The translations under genes were made by a program, and so were the position numbers. Shown piece by piece: positions 1 to 10,911 of a stretch of 64,000 nucleotides of DNA. The stretch's first letter is position 1. The number at the start of each line of letters is the position of its first letter. Origin of the DNA: an uncultured Lentisphaerales bacterium (GTDB taxonomy: Bacteria; Verrucomicrobiota; Lentisphaeria; JABSQK01; UBA12247); contig CALSSJ010000036.1 of NCBI GenBank assembly GCA_943788985.1, positions 1-64,000 of the forward strand, written 5' to 3'. The notes beneath the pieces were generated by a model. That model worked only from the letters and a program-made list of their open reading frames with translations, did not search any database and was not told where the DNA came from.

Positions 1-90
1 CCAGCGGCATCCGCCGCCGCCATGATCGTCTCTCCTGGCGCAGCTGTCACGGGCAGACCGTCTATGGTAAACTCAAGTGTCTGTTTCCAT
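1..90 (-). CDS. hoxU: HoxU/NuoG-like 2Fe-2S subunit of NAD-linked hydrogenase, N-terminus only (runs off window edge; one indel)
   Basis: Manual translation gives ATG at 90 then TLEFTIDGLPVTAAPGETIMAAADAA, the fer2_4-type start of HoxU. GGAG RBS upstream; directly follows hoxF. Confidence 0.75.
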
Positions 91-101
91 TATCCCGCTC
101 C

Positions 102-1919
102 CTATTCTCCGCGTTCCTGCTCGCCGCGTCCCGCAAGCGCTGCGGACTCGGCAATCGCCGCCGCGAGATCAAAGCTCGGCTCCCGTCCATTAATGGCGTT
201 TGCGATCCTGCCTGCGTACAACTCATGAAAATTCGCCAGTGTCGACACCACCGGATTGGGCGAGGTCTGGCCCAGTCCCGCAGCGGCTGGTCATCTTCAC
301 GGTTTCCGCCAAGTCCGACAACTGCTCGAGATCCGCAGCCGTCGCGACGCCCGCGCGCACCTTCTGCACCAATTGCAGCAGCAGCTGATTGCCCACCCGA
401 CAGGGGGTGCAATACCCGCAGCTTTCATCGACGAAAAATTGCAGAAACGCCTCCACTACCTCCAACAGGTCACGACTCTTGGAAAACACCATCAACGAGC
501 CTCCCGTCGCTAAGTCGTCGAAACAGATTTTTCGGTCAAGCGCATCTTCGCCGACCATCGCCCCACTGGGGCCTCCGACCTGCACAGCGCCGACATCGCT
601 CGCACCAGCCAACGCCAGCACCTCACGCAGAGAGATGCCAAAGGGCACCTCATAAACACCTGGACGCTTGCAATCGCCAGAGATACTCAACAGTTTCGTG
701 CCAGCGCTCTGCGTAGAGCCCTGCGCCGCAAACCAGGCGGGTGACTCATCCATAATGCGCGCCACACAACACAGGGTTTCGACATTATTGACACTAGTCG
801 GGCAGCCCAGATATCCCTTCTGAGCCGGGAATGGTGGCCGAGTCCGCGGGTCCCCTCGCAAGCCCTCGCACGAATTCAGCAGCGCCGACTCCTCGCCGCA
901 GATGTAGGCACCGGCACCCAACTGAATGCGAATATCAAACGTAAACCCGGCACGGCCCAGAATATTGCTGCCCAGTAGGCCCGCGTTGCGGCGAGCCTGC
1001 AGTCGCGCCTCAAGAAATCGCGCCAAATACGCATACTCAGCGCGCAGATAAATGATCCCTTCTTCGGCGCCAATGGCAAAGCCGCCAATGGTCATGCCCT
1101 CGATCAAGGTATCGGGGTATTCCGTCAACAGCACCCGGTCCTTAAATGTGCCCGGTTCTCCTTCATCGGCATTGCAGACCAGAAACCGGCGCTCCCCCGG
1201 CGCACGTGCCGTAAACTCCCACTTCATCCCGGTGGGAAAACCCGGCACCGCCCCGTCCTCGCAAGCGGGCCGTCTTCACATTGCGAATCACCTCGGCCGG
1301 CGTTAAGCCCAGCGTCTTTTTCAGGCTACTGCCCGGCGTCTGCGGAGTCAGCAGCACCGGTCCAGCTTGCCGAATGTGATTCTGAACCATGGCCTGCACG
1401 AGGTCATCGGAGTTATTACCGTCGCCTAGCTCCTCCACCAAATCCGTCGGCTTGCGGCCTTCCCTGCAACTCGCGAGCTAGCTTGCGTGCGGAGTCCGGG
1501 GTTAAACGCGTAAATACCGTGTCATCAATCAGCGCTGCTGGCGCTTGATCGCTCATCCCGATGCACGGCGTCGCCTGTAGGGTAATGGTCCCATCTGCTG
1601 TGGACTGCCCACACGAGATGCCCAGCGCCTGTTCGAAAGCCGCCAATACCGCATCACCGCCATGAAACCGGTCGATGATATCATCACACAGCCGAATGAC
1701 GGTTCCCACTGGCTCAATTGAGAAAAAAGAGTAAAACGAAACTGTAGAAGTCACCTGCCCCGGGCTGATCTGCAGCGCCTTGGCAATGACTGCAATTGAT
1801 TCTTCAGAGACGCAGCGAAATTCCTCCTGCACATCACGCAGGATATCTATCAGGCGCAAACGCGCATTGTCGTGGCGGTCGCAGATCGCCTCAACGCTTG
1901 CTCTAATACAGGTTACCAT
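102..1919 (-). CDS. hoxF: HoxF diaphorase subunit (NuoE-like + NuoF-like fusion) of bidirectional NAD-reducing hydrogenase; about 3 frameshifts
   Basis: ORFs 1416-1934, 1163-1441 and 223-1248 join into one gene. Motifs: TPCIGMSDQAPAALI, LRGRGGAGF, CNADEGEPGTFKDR, GAGAYICGEESAL, ESCGYCTPCRVG, and SRCGLGQTSPNP...GE* ending at 102. Confidence 0.9.
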
Positions 1920-2099
1920 TTTTATTCCCCTCATTCATGCCGCAGGAATGGTGCTAATCCCTGTAACTCCCATGCAGATTCGATGCCAACCCGCGCCTCC
2001 CGTTCCTGTTCTGAATTTTGCTGAACGCGTACACATTCATCCGGCATAATGATCCGTAATCGGACAAATCGGGTGGGGTGAACCGCATGTGTGCGTAAG

Positions 2100-2614
2100 C
2101 TGAGAGTACGATCGCTGCGCTTAGCGTTTCCAGCACGCTTCTGTCCCTCTTTCCCGGCGGCTTGCGGCCAGTTAGGAGTATCCTGTTCGATAAGACAACA
2201 AAGGCGAATTGGCTCGTGCCGTGGCATCAGGATTTGATCATTACCGTGGTTGAGGAGCAGTTCGTTCCTGGATAGGGGCCATGGTCCTGCAATCACGGAT
2301 ATCCGCACGTTCAACCACCAATTTTCCTTCTTGAGCAGATGGTCGCGATCTGCCTGAACCTCGACAAAACGCCAGCCACTAACGGAGCGCTAAGAGTGAT
2401 TCCTGCCAGCCACAAGGCTGGACGGATTGAGTTCGGGTATCTGCCCGAATACGACACGAAACGGGCAGTTGATTGCGAATGCATGGCCGGCGACGGTTTC
2501 CTGATGTCCCCTCTCCTTCTGCACGCATCTCGGCGCTCGGCATCGCCAACTCGACGCCGAGTCATCCACTTTGAGTACGCGCCCGATGAGCACTTGGATC
2601 CTGCCTTGGAGTAG
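2100..2614 (+). pseudogene. Phytanoyl-CoA dioxygenase (PhyH) family 2OG-Fe(II) oxygenase, with internal stop and lost start
   Basis: Frame upstream of ORF 2339-2614 reads RSILFDKTTKANWLVPWHQD...PG*GPWS...HVQPP. Downstream motifs NGALRVIPASH and LLHAS...RRVIHFEY. Confidence 0.75.
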
Positions 2615-2837
2615 TTTCGGCGCGTCGGCCAAGCAGGTCGTGTAGTGAGCGGAGGTGGCATCGCAGAAGCGAAAAAATAATCGACTCGAGTCGACTCTAG
2701 TCCATCTTTTTGTCGCAGCTCCCCCTCTCAACTTCCTCCTCCCCGGTCCCACAACTACGTCACCGCGATCGCGCTAGTGGTGATGGTAGATCTCTCCGGC
2801 GTGTGTCGGGACCAGCGTGAGCGCACGTCGGGTCATG

Positions 2838-3052
2838 TCATGGGTGCCGTTGAATGTGCTGCATCAGAGCAATCGGGTCCTTGAAGACCAAATGATTGAT
2901 GCGCTGGAGGATATAACGAACCGACGCACCGCTTTGTGAACAGACCGCGGCGAAGGTGTCTTTAATGTGGCCACTGCCGTAGGGGCGCCCCCCTAGATGA
3001 AGTCGGCTCGCAGGTCGAATACGCCGGCAATAGCGCGAAGGTCGTGCTTCAA
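2838..3052 (-). pseudogene. N-terminal fragment of N-acetylhexosamine 1-kinase / aminoglycoside-phosphotransferase family protein
   Basis: TTG start overlaps the nagB stop. Reads PYGSGHIKDTF...RYILQRINHLVFKDPIALMQHIQR, the typical NahK/LnpB-like N-terminus, then ends abruptly. Confidence 0.7.
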
Positions 3053-3840
3053 TGGTAGGGCTGCCATTCAGGTTCGTGGTCGAAGATCCAACGGTAGTAT
3101 TCTTGCTCGACAAGTTGCGCGGCGGCAGCTTCGTCTACGATCACTCGGCAGCGAGCGTGGAGTTGCAGGGCTGACGCCGAAATCATGGAGGTAACTGGGC
3201 CTTCCACTGCCCGCGCCAAGACCTGCGCCTTGCTTGCTCCAGTCACCAACAGTAGGATTTCGCGAGCATCAAGAATGGTGCCGACGCCCATGGTCAAGCC
3301 CCGATGTGGCATGTCCTCGGGCCGCGAGAAAGTAGCCCTGCGTTTTGGGCGATGGTGGTGGGGCGTCAGGGCTTTCTCGCGCGTCCGGGACTGCAGGGCA
3401 GAAAGCGGCTCGTTGAAGCCAATGTGCCCAGACTTACCGATCCCGAGCAGTTGCAGGTCGATGCCACCGCAACGGGCGATCCGCGCCTCGTACGCGAGGC
3501 ACTCAGCAGCGAGGATCTTCGGCAACGCCATTCGGGCAAGTAGGTGTTGCGTCGGTCGACGTTGATTTTACTGAAGAGGTGCTGGTCCATGTAGAAGCGG
3601 TAGGACTGGGGATCGTCGCCAGCCAAGCCTACGTACTCATCGAGATTGAAGGTACGGACCAGTGAGAAGTCCACTGCCTCGTCGACATGGGCGCGCGCAA
3701 GTTGAACATACACGCGCTCCATCGTGGCTCCAGTGGCAAGGCCAAGAACCAAGTCAGGTTCGGCTCGTACCTGATCGGCGATGAGCCGAGTGACAAGATG
3801 TCCGGCGTCTTCACGCGTGGGGACGAATAATGACTTCCAT
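3049..3840 (-). CDS. nagB: Glucosamine-6-phosphate deaminase (frameshifted)
   Basis: MEVIIRP start; VLGLATGAT, TFNLDEYVGL, GGIDLQLLGIGKSGHIGFNEP, TMGVGTILDAR, EGPVTSMISASALQLH. Confidence 0.93.
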
Positions 3841-3854
3841 ATGGGGACTCCTGT

Positions 3855-4711
3855 TTACGCGAAACGCTGGATGCGGGCTTGAACTTCTTCCTGGAAGCGC
3901 TCGATATAGGACAGGGCATAGGCCTTCAAGCGTGAGAGTATCGTCGACGATCAAGCACGTCAGGTCCATGCACCAGCTGAGTGCCAAACTAGCATCGACG
4001 GCGTGTGACTCGAAGAAGGTCGCATTGGCCGCCTGGCGGCCCGTAACGGCCAGGTCGTAGGACTTGCCGCCCGCGATCTGCGAGTCAAAAGACACCCGAT
4101 AACGCCGCCCGGAGGTTCCGGTGCGGCTCGACATCCATCGCCACCTTGTCGGCATCACAAAGCCAGTCCAAGGAGCGCCAGACCTCGCAGCCTACCACCA
4201 ACTTTGGCCGGGCATCCTGCGGCAATTTGCGCAACGCGGCGATTGCACCGCAGCAAGGGTGGCCACATGGGTGTCATGCTTATCTGTAGGGTTGTGCAGA
4301 TAGACCGTCTCAGGACAGGTCGCAAGGAGAATCTGATACAGATCTTCCGTGGTACTCTCATCCTTCGCGTCCTTTTATGATCCGGCTCGGGTAGCCCAAC
4401 TGAAATCTGGCAGGCGTACTCACCGATAAACCGCAGCTTTGCGCTGCTCGTGCTGCCGAATCGCCATCATTTCCTCATTGGTGCGCTCGGCATAGGGGCC
4501 GCAGCGGACACTCCCCCCCACCATCGGTGACTACCACGCCGGTAAACCAGCGATCGGACTGCCCGAAGCACACCGCGATCCCGTGATAGGCCATAAACTC
4601 TTGGTCGTCCTGGTGCGCGCCAATGCACAGGTGCGTGGTACGCGCGAGCGCCTCAGGCAGCGACTCGCCATCCGGCACAAACACGTCATGATCGGTTCGT
4701 GAGAGATTCAT
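3855..4711 (-). CDS. PIG-L/LmbE family N-deacetylase (several frameshifts)
   Basis: THLCIGAHQDDQEFMA metal-binding motif; VVVTDGGG; FDSQIAGGKSYDLA...NATFFESH; C-terminus YIERFQEEVQARIQRFA* ending at 3855. Confidence 0.8.
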
Positions 4712-6130
4712 CTAGCAGCTCGCTCCTTGCTTTCCATTTCTGATATCTGGTAAACTAGCGGCGGCAATGGCCTGGCCGTGTCGCTTCATCGACTCATCCG
4801 GGCTCGTGATGCCGATGCGCTCGTGCAAGGTCCGGAAACTCCAAGGCCAGCACCTCGTTCGCCTTTGCCACGATAGCTTCGCCACCAGCTCCTGAGCTGA
4901 CCCGGCCCAGAAGCAGCAGATTTCGCAGCTCATAATGGTCCGCATACTGCGCGATCGCGTAGCCAAAATAGGTACCGATAGTCTCATAAAGACGTTGCGC
5001 TCGCTCGTCCCCCGGCGGCCATCTGCTCCTGCAGAATGACCAAGCGTTCCGGTAGTCGCATTTCGGCGGGCGTCTCGATCCCGGCTGCTGGCAACAGGCG
5101 CGCTACGCCTTGCTGGGAGAAATACTGAACGCCGCAGCCAATATCGCCCGACCACTCATCGCGTGGCGCGTCCTCACGGTAGTCGATCGGGACAAAGGCT
5201 AATTCATTGAGCCATGACGTAACCTCGCCCCTGCGGGTTACAGTACCCAGCAGCCAGGCTGGTCCCCCATGGCGACCCCGAGAACTGCGGTATCGCCGAG
5301 CGACATAGAGCCTGCCCAGCGCCGTGACTTCGCCGTCGTTGATCACCTCGCAGGGCACGCCCCAGAGCTCCCGCAGACGCAGGAAGATGCCGCGCACATC
5401 AGTCTCGAACGCCTCTGGCGAAACACCGCGAAAAAGCGACGCAACCCGAACTTCGTTATCCACATAGATCCCGGCGGCGCTGCCGCCAATGGCGTCGACC
5501 CGTGGCAAATGCGCTGCCGCACGTTCCAAAGAATCCTGAATCCCTGCCAAGTGATAGGCCCGGATCGCTCTCAAAATATGGTGACCAAGTAATTTCTTCC
5601 GAAAAGACGACCTTGCCGTCGATCACCGCGGCGCACTTGCGGTCGCTTCCGCCCAGATCAAAGCCAATTCGGCAGCCGTCCAAGTTACGCCCTAGGGATC
5701 GCCCGGTCTCGTGCGTGGTTGGGATGCTCGACTCATCGCAGCCTTCTACGCGCATGTCTTCTCCGTACACGCCCCGGCCGATAGTTTCGCTATCGAACGC
5801 GTGGGCACCGCCAGGTGCATACTGCAGGGCAAGAGCAACGGCAATCTCGGGTGCGCCAGCCACAAAGATCCGCGATCCTCCCCACTGCCAGAGCAGAAAC
5901 TTCACCTCTCGTTCCACGGCTTTCGCCGTCAGCGCCGCCCACGCGGGCTCGGCGGGCAACACCATCATCTCGCGCCGAAATGTCGTGCCATCCGGGCGGC
6001 CAATACCAAGCACCACCCGCCGACTACCAGCCGTGGCGGCACACAAAGCCTGATAGCTCTGCTTCCAAAGAACGGCCGGGACAAAGCCTGGATCCAAAAT
6101 TGGCGCCACCCGCGCCGAAGGAACATTCAT
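4712..6130 (-). CDS. ROK family sugar kinase-like protein (frameshifted)
   Basis: RIGFDLGGSDRK phosphate-1 motif; IGGSAAG; VINDGEVTAL; WLNELAFVPIDY; no N-terminal HTH. Confidence 0.8.
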
Positions 6131-6210
6131 AGGGGGTACTCATCAATCGCCTCCGGTGGGTTCGATGGGCAATCATATCATATATGCAACGATTGTCTAA
6201 TCATGTCGCC

Positions 6211-6238
6211 TTGCATTATTTCGCATCCGATCCATTAT
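6211..6238 (+). promoter_or_regulatory. Possible sigma70 promoter for the ROK regulator in the divergent intergenic region
   Basis: TTGCAT-16 nt-CATTAT in an AT-rich spacer. Overlaps TTATTTCG, which resembles a NagC-type operator half site. Confidence 0.3.
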
Positions 6239-6269
6239 CTCGGGAAAACAAGCCCACTTCACGAGTATT

Positions 6270-7421
6270 ATGCGCAGCGATCAGATTCGCAAACGAGCGG
6301 CGAACCGTGCCGCGATCCTAACGACCTTGCACTACGATGGTCCGCAGCAGCGGAGCAGCCTGGCCAGCGCTTGCGAAGTCCGCAAGGCGAGCGTGACAAG
6401 CATCGTCGCTAGCCTCCTGGAAGAAGATCTAGTGGACGAAGTCGAGCCTGGGCGCTATCGGAGCGCAGTGAGGCTCAGGACAAAATCAAACCTCGGCCCT
6501 AGTCGCCAGCATCAGCCCCCGCGAGATTGTGGCTTCGTGCCTAGATCTGGCAGGAGAGACCGTCTGCATCGCCACACGGCCTGTCGCGGCTGACGCTGGG
6601 CCGGACACCATCCTCGCCACCCTTGGCTGCGGAGTTTCGCAGCGATGCAGGCGACCGTCGACGGCGCAGTGCTTGGGCTAGGCGTCTCGGTCCCGGGGAT
6701 CACCGATCCTGGCACAGGAGTCGGGTCCTATGCAGCCAACTTGCCGGGCTGGCGCGACGTCCCGGTCGCCGCCTATCTCAGCGACCGCTTCGACCTGCCT
6801 ATCGCTGTAGATAACGATGTCCGCTGCCAATTGCGGGCCCACATCTGGTTCGCCAGTTCTCCGCAGGAAGTCGACAGCGTTTTGTATGTGCTTGTCAACG
6901 ACGGCGTAGCTTGCGCATTTGCGCAACATGGCATCGTCTCACCAGGCGCCTACTTTGCAGGCGGCGAGATTGGCCATATCCGCGCCGGGGATCGCCACCG
7001 CCCATGCGCTTGCGGCCGAGAAGATTGCCTGGAGACCTACTGCAGTGTGCCAGCGATTCTTGCCGAAGTCCGCCCACTGTGCCCGGCTCCTGCTCCTGCC
7101 ACAGCCACCGATCTTGCCGCCGTTGCAGCCAAGTCGCCTGCTGTCGGCAATGTGCTCGACCGCGCAGCTGGCTATCTCGCCCACGGCATCGCCGGCGTGA
7201 TAGCTGCCTTGGACCCAGCGGTCCTCGTAATCGGTGCCGCAGACCACGCCTTTGCCGAATGCCTGTGCCCCTTGCTACGCACACGCCTCGATCAGGAGCT
7301 CATGGGCCTTGCCGTCTCTGGGTTGCGCCTGATCGCCGCAGGCGATGCGGAGCGAGAGTCCCGTCGTGGCATTGCCGCCACCGTCATTCAGAATAGCTTC
7401 AACAACACTGCTGAACCATGA
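6270..7421 (+). CDS. ROK family transcriptional regulator (NagC/XylR-like), frameshifted
   Basis: N-terminal winged HTH (RSSLASACEVRKASVTSIVASLLEEDLV); GLGVSVPG; VDNDVR; GEIGH...CACGREDCLE zinc motif. Confidence 0.88.
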
Positions 7422-7453
7422 TCGCCAATCTTCATCACGCACGGAGAATTCTC

Positions 7454-7648
7454 ATGCCCCGCATGCTGACTGCTCTACTCATTATCGCTTGCACCCTCGC
7501 GTCATCCGGCCAAGAGCCCGGCGGTGCCGTGCACCATTCCTTCAGCGTGCGGCATTCCGTCTCTCAAAAAGAGGCAACAACCGCAGCGGACGCACGTCGA
7601 TGCGAGCATGTTGGTGCGAATGGACAGCACGTTAGATTTGGATTCTAA
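7454..7648 (+). pseudogene. Short signal-peptide ORF, probably the truncated start of a secreted protein
   Basis: MPRMLTALLIIACTLASSGQE signal-like N-terminus followed by only about 45 aa. Confidence 0.35.
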
Positions 7649-7687
7649 AGGAACCGATTCGAATCCGGTACATAAGAAACGCAAAGA

Positions 7688-7989
7688 CGTCCTCACCCAG
7701 TCACCGAAAATGGCTTAATCCCGGAGTCCCCGGACAATTCGGGCACACCGCGGCTCGCAAGGCTACGGGCGTTGACGCGACTCAGGAGGTGGACCGGGCC
7801 CGGTCCGCAAGTTGCCCGCAAGGCAGGCCTCGAGATGACCGTCGAGTAGATGATTGGGGATGGTGCGACCGGCAGCACCTAAAACTAGGCAGCCATGACC
7901 AGTGTCGTGTGCAGGCTTTGGCCTCACACGAAGGAGGTAGTCGGGAGCAGGAGCCTGCAAGCTCCCCGATAATCCGCAAGAGCTGGTTA
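7688..7989 (+). ncRNA. Putative structured non-coding RNA of unrecognised family
   Basis: Two multibranch domains closed by long-range stems (7696-7703/7851-7858 and 7896-7903/7982-7989). At least 7 local hairpins, five GCAA motifs, G-U pairs favouring the + strand, no credible ORF, followed by a terminator. Confidence 0.6.
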
Positions 7990-7990
7990 G

Positions 7991-8027
7991 GGTAAGCCGT
8001 ACCTCTCAGGCTTACCGCTTTTCATTT
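7991..8027 (+). terminator. Rho-independent terminator
   Basis: GGTAAGCC (7991-7998) / GGCTTACC (8009-8016) perfect stem followed by GCTTTTCATTT. Confidence 0.7.
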
Positions 8028-8039
8028 ACGTCGCTTAGA

Positions 8040-10139
8040 TCATTTCGCCAGCTTGCGGGCGGCAACGTCGCGACGCATGGCGTCGAGCAAGGTGATGGCG
8101 GCAACGCCCTCGGGGGTGGCCGCGTGCCATCGTTGGAGCTCGGACTTCAGCGTGGCAGCAGTTACGTCGGAGAGCGGGGCATCTAGGGCCGCAAGGGCGC
8201 AGCCCGGGACCAGACGGCTTGTCCGGACATTACGGAGCAGATCATTCGCTTTTTTGATCAAAGCGGGGGTTTCCGCTGGATCGAGATGACGCATCATGGT
8301 CAACCACAGTACCCCTTCGGCATGCCGCGAGGTGGGCTCACGCATTGCCTCAAGAACCGAGGACCAATGCTCGACTTTGTTGTTCTGGGCCTTCGGTTTC
8401 TTAGTCAGGTCTAAGATCTTCTTGTACATTTCGAGACGCTCGATCTTCTCCTGCTCGCGAGAGGAAAGCTGCTGCGAGTACGCGTGAATCTCGAAGCGCA
8501 GCACATCGGCATCGGCCACCAGCGCCCCAGCCACTGCCTTGAGGGGCTGGCCTGTGTGAAACTTCAGCGCAATGCCGAGAACGTTACTCAGGAATGAGAC
8601 GTCATACGCAGCCGCATAGATGCTCTGGCCGATAAGTTCTGCGTAGATCTCGGTGGGGAGCTTGCGCTGCTTCAGGTAAGTCATGAGCCGGGCGCGGTCT
8701 TCGGGTGCATGGCGGTGGATGAGCAAAGACGCTACGTAGCGATTCAACAGTGACGTGGCATCTGCGGGCTTAAACAGAGAGGTGATTGTCTGGTTGACGT
8801 CGTCATCGCTCATGCTAAGGAGCCCAACAGCCTCACGGAGCAGATCGTAGCGGGTCTCATCGGCAAGTTCATCATTCTTGATGGCGGCGAAATATTGCGG
8901 GCGCAGATCCTTGTTGGCCTCGGAGAGCATGTAGCCCGCGTAGCTCTTCAGGTCCTGCTGATCTGCAGCAGCAAAGGCAGCAGCGTATGCTTCGATTGCC
9001 TTGGCGGAGGGGGCGTCCTTGAAGTGGTTGCGCAAGGCGATGTGAATCCCGGCATTCAGCTGATCTGGCACGATCATGGCGGCGAGCACGTTCTCAGCTT
9101 CGCGTTGGAGCCCCATCTGCTTCACCAATCGAATCAACATCTCGCGACCACTCGGGGTGTGATTGAGCGCAGGATTGTACGGAATGTCGTCTCCGCGATA
9201 GGCGAGGCGGCTGGTCGGCAGGGCTTTGATGACGGCGCGGCGCAGCAGCTCCGCCGTGGTACCGTTCTGGAGAATGGCGCCTGCAGCTTCGGCCTGCACG
9301 CCTGAATCTGGGTCCTGCAACAACCGAGCCATGGCCGTAAGGATAGCCTCGCTTTCTGGCATGTCGTTGAGCGCGCGCGCGGCGGCGCGGCGGACATCAC
9401 GCGCGGCAGCCGTGGACGCTGCGATAACGCCGCGCTCGACATTTCGGACGTGGTAATGGGCCCGGGCACACAGCAGCCATTCAAGCTCGACGATGTTCTC
9501 AGGAGTCGGGTTGGCGACCTGGGCCTTTACCTTGGCGGTATCCAGCCCACTGCGAATGCGGGCCGCAGTCTTTTTCGGGGCGTCGCCAGTGGGGCGAATG
9601 TCCAGAGAGCGTACGAGCAATGACGCCAGCGATAGCGGAATCCCGCCGGTGGAAACGTCTGCTGGATCATACCAACGCATGCGCACATTTCTGCCCTCAA
9701 TGGGGTAGATACCAACGCCAAGTGCTGGCACTCCGTAGCCGGAATAGGTCTGCACCGTAATCTGCTCCTCTACCTCAGCTGCGGACACTGTGCCCTCGCG
9801 TAGTTGAACCATGAGTTCCTTTGGCGCCATGCGGGTGCGCGTCAGATCTGAACGCCACTTCAAAAACACCAGATAGCGCTTCCTTACTTCAGGCTGCACC
9901 TTGGCGCTGCCAAGGTCGTACGGGTCATTGAACCCGCCGAACTCGATAGATGAGGTGGGCTCGCCACCTTTCAGTACAATCAGGGTCTTAGCGGATGCCA
10001 GCCAGCGACCGGCGCCTTGCATCTCCACCACAGCGATCAACGATGAACTACGAACGAGTTCAGGAAAGGCCGGCTGGCTCGAGCCGAAGCAGGAGGCTGC
10101 GATCAGTAAAACCGTGAAATATCTTAACCGACTTAACAT
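8040..10139 (-). CDS. Hypothetical exported protein with HEAT/armadillo-like repeats
   Basis: Intact 699-aa ORF with N-terminal signal peptide. HEAT-like RDVRRAAARAL...LLQDPDSGVQAEAAGAI; helical C-terminal two thirds. Confidence 0.7.
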   Translation of the reverse strand: MLSRLRYFTVLLIAASCFGSSQPAFPELVRSSSLIAVVEMQGAGRWLASAKTLIVLKGGEPTSSIEFGGFNDPYDLGSAKVQPEVRKRYLVFLKWRSDLTRTRMAPKELMVQLREGTVSAAEVEEQITVQTYSGYGVPALGVGIYPIEGRNVRMRWYDPADVSTGGIPLSLASLLVRSLDIRPTGDAPKKTAARIRSGLDTAKVKAQVANPTPENIVELEWLLCARAHYHVRNVERGVIAASTAAARDVRRAAARALNDMPESEAILTAMARLLQDPDSGVQAEAAGAILQNGTTAELLRRAVIKALPTSRLAYRGDDIPYNPALNHTPSGREMLIRLVKQMGLQREAENVLAAMIVPDQLNAGIHIALRNHFKDAPSAKAIEAYAAAFAAADQQDLKSYAGYMLSEANKDLRPQYFAAIKNDELADETRYDLLREAVGLLSMSDDDVNQTITSLFKPADATSLLNRYVASLLIHRHAPEDRARLMTYLKQRKLPTEIYAELIGQSIYAAAYDVSFLSNVLGIALKFHTGQPLKAVAGALVADADVLRFEIHAYSQQLSSREQEKIERLEMYKKILDLTKKPKAQNNKVEHWSSVLEAMREPTSRHAEGVLWLTMMRHLDPAETPALIKKANDLLRNVRTSRLVPGCALAALDAPLSDVTAATLKSELQRWHAATPEGVAAITLLDAMRRDVAARKLAK

Positions 10140-10253
10140 GGTTTACTCGGACAGTATTGAGGGAACGGTCCTACACTTTATGCCCCGTTCCTCATGAAGC
10201 AAGACCGAGGACCGCCATTCAGACGTGCGTAGCGAGGGCCAAGTTCCCCGGGC

Positions 10254-10911
10254 CTACGGTCGTGGCCCGAAGAGTGCGGATCCGAGGCGCACGATGGTGC
10301 TGCCCTCGGCCGTGGCCTCGAGATAGTCGCTGGACATGCCCATGGACAACTCGGGAAGCGGCAACCCGGAGGCATCGGCGAGCTCATTGCGCAGTTCGCG
10401 CGTGGCCGCGAAGATGCGGCAGCGATCTGCGCCTGATGCGTCACGTGGCGTCATGCTCATCACGCCTTCAATAGCGAGGTTTGCGTACTCCGCAAACCGT
10501 GGCGCGAGGGCGCGAGCCGCCTCGGGCGAGAAGCCAGCCTTGGCCGCTTCGCCAGAGATATTCAGCTGCAACAGCACCCGCTGAGTGACGGTTTCTTCGG
10601 CGGCAATGCGATCGATGCGGTCCAACAGCGACAGCGAGTCGACAGAGTGGATGAGCTGAGCGTGCTGGATGGTCGCGCGGACTTTGTTGCGCTGGAGTCG
10701 CCCGATCATATGCCAGAGGCAGTCTTCGGGCATGAGGGGGGCCTTGGCCGTGAGCTCCTGCGGACGGCTCTCACCAAAATTGCGGAGTCCGCACGCATAG
10801 GCCTGCTGAGCCACCTCCACGGGAAACACCTTGGTCACGGCGAGAAGAATCGGGGGCTTGCCGGGGGCGGCTGCGGCAAGTTCGGCAAGGATTTTGGCGG
10901 GGGTCGTGCAT
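10254..10911 (-). CDS. yggS: YggS family pyridoxal-phosphate homeostasis protein (one indel near start)
   Basis: LAVTK, FGESRPQE, WHMIGRLQRNKV, IHSVDS, LSMGMSSDY, EGSTIVRLGSALFG. ATG at 10911 overlaps the upstream TAA. Confidence 0.92.

Noticed and set aside
2019..2037. Rex operator upstream of hoxF
   Set aside because: Only a partial match to TTGTGAA-N4-TTCACAA; too weak to call.
2684..2701. Vector polylinker contamination (XhoI-SalI-XbaI-like)
   Set aside because: The XbaI site is incomplete and no other vector sequence flanks it.
7688..8027. Identification of the structured element as RNase P RNA, tmRNA, SRP RNA or a group I/II intron
   Set aside because: No GAGGAAAGTCC/ACAGAA P4 pair, no tRNA-like ends or tag ORF, no SRP GGAAGGAAGCAG loop, and no intron domain V or complete P/Q/R/S set.
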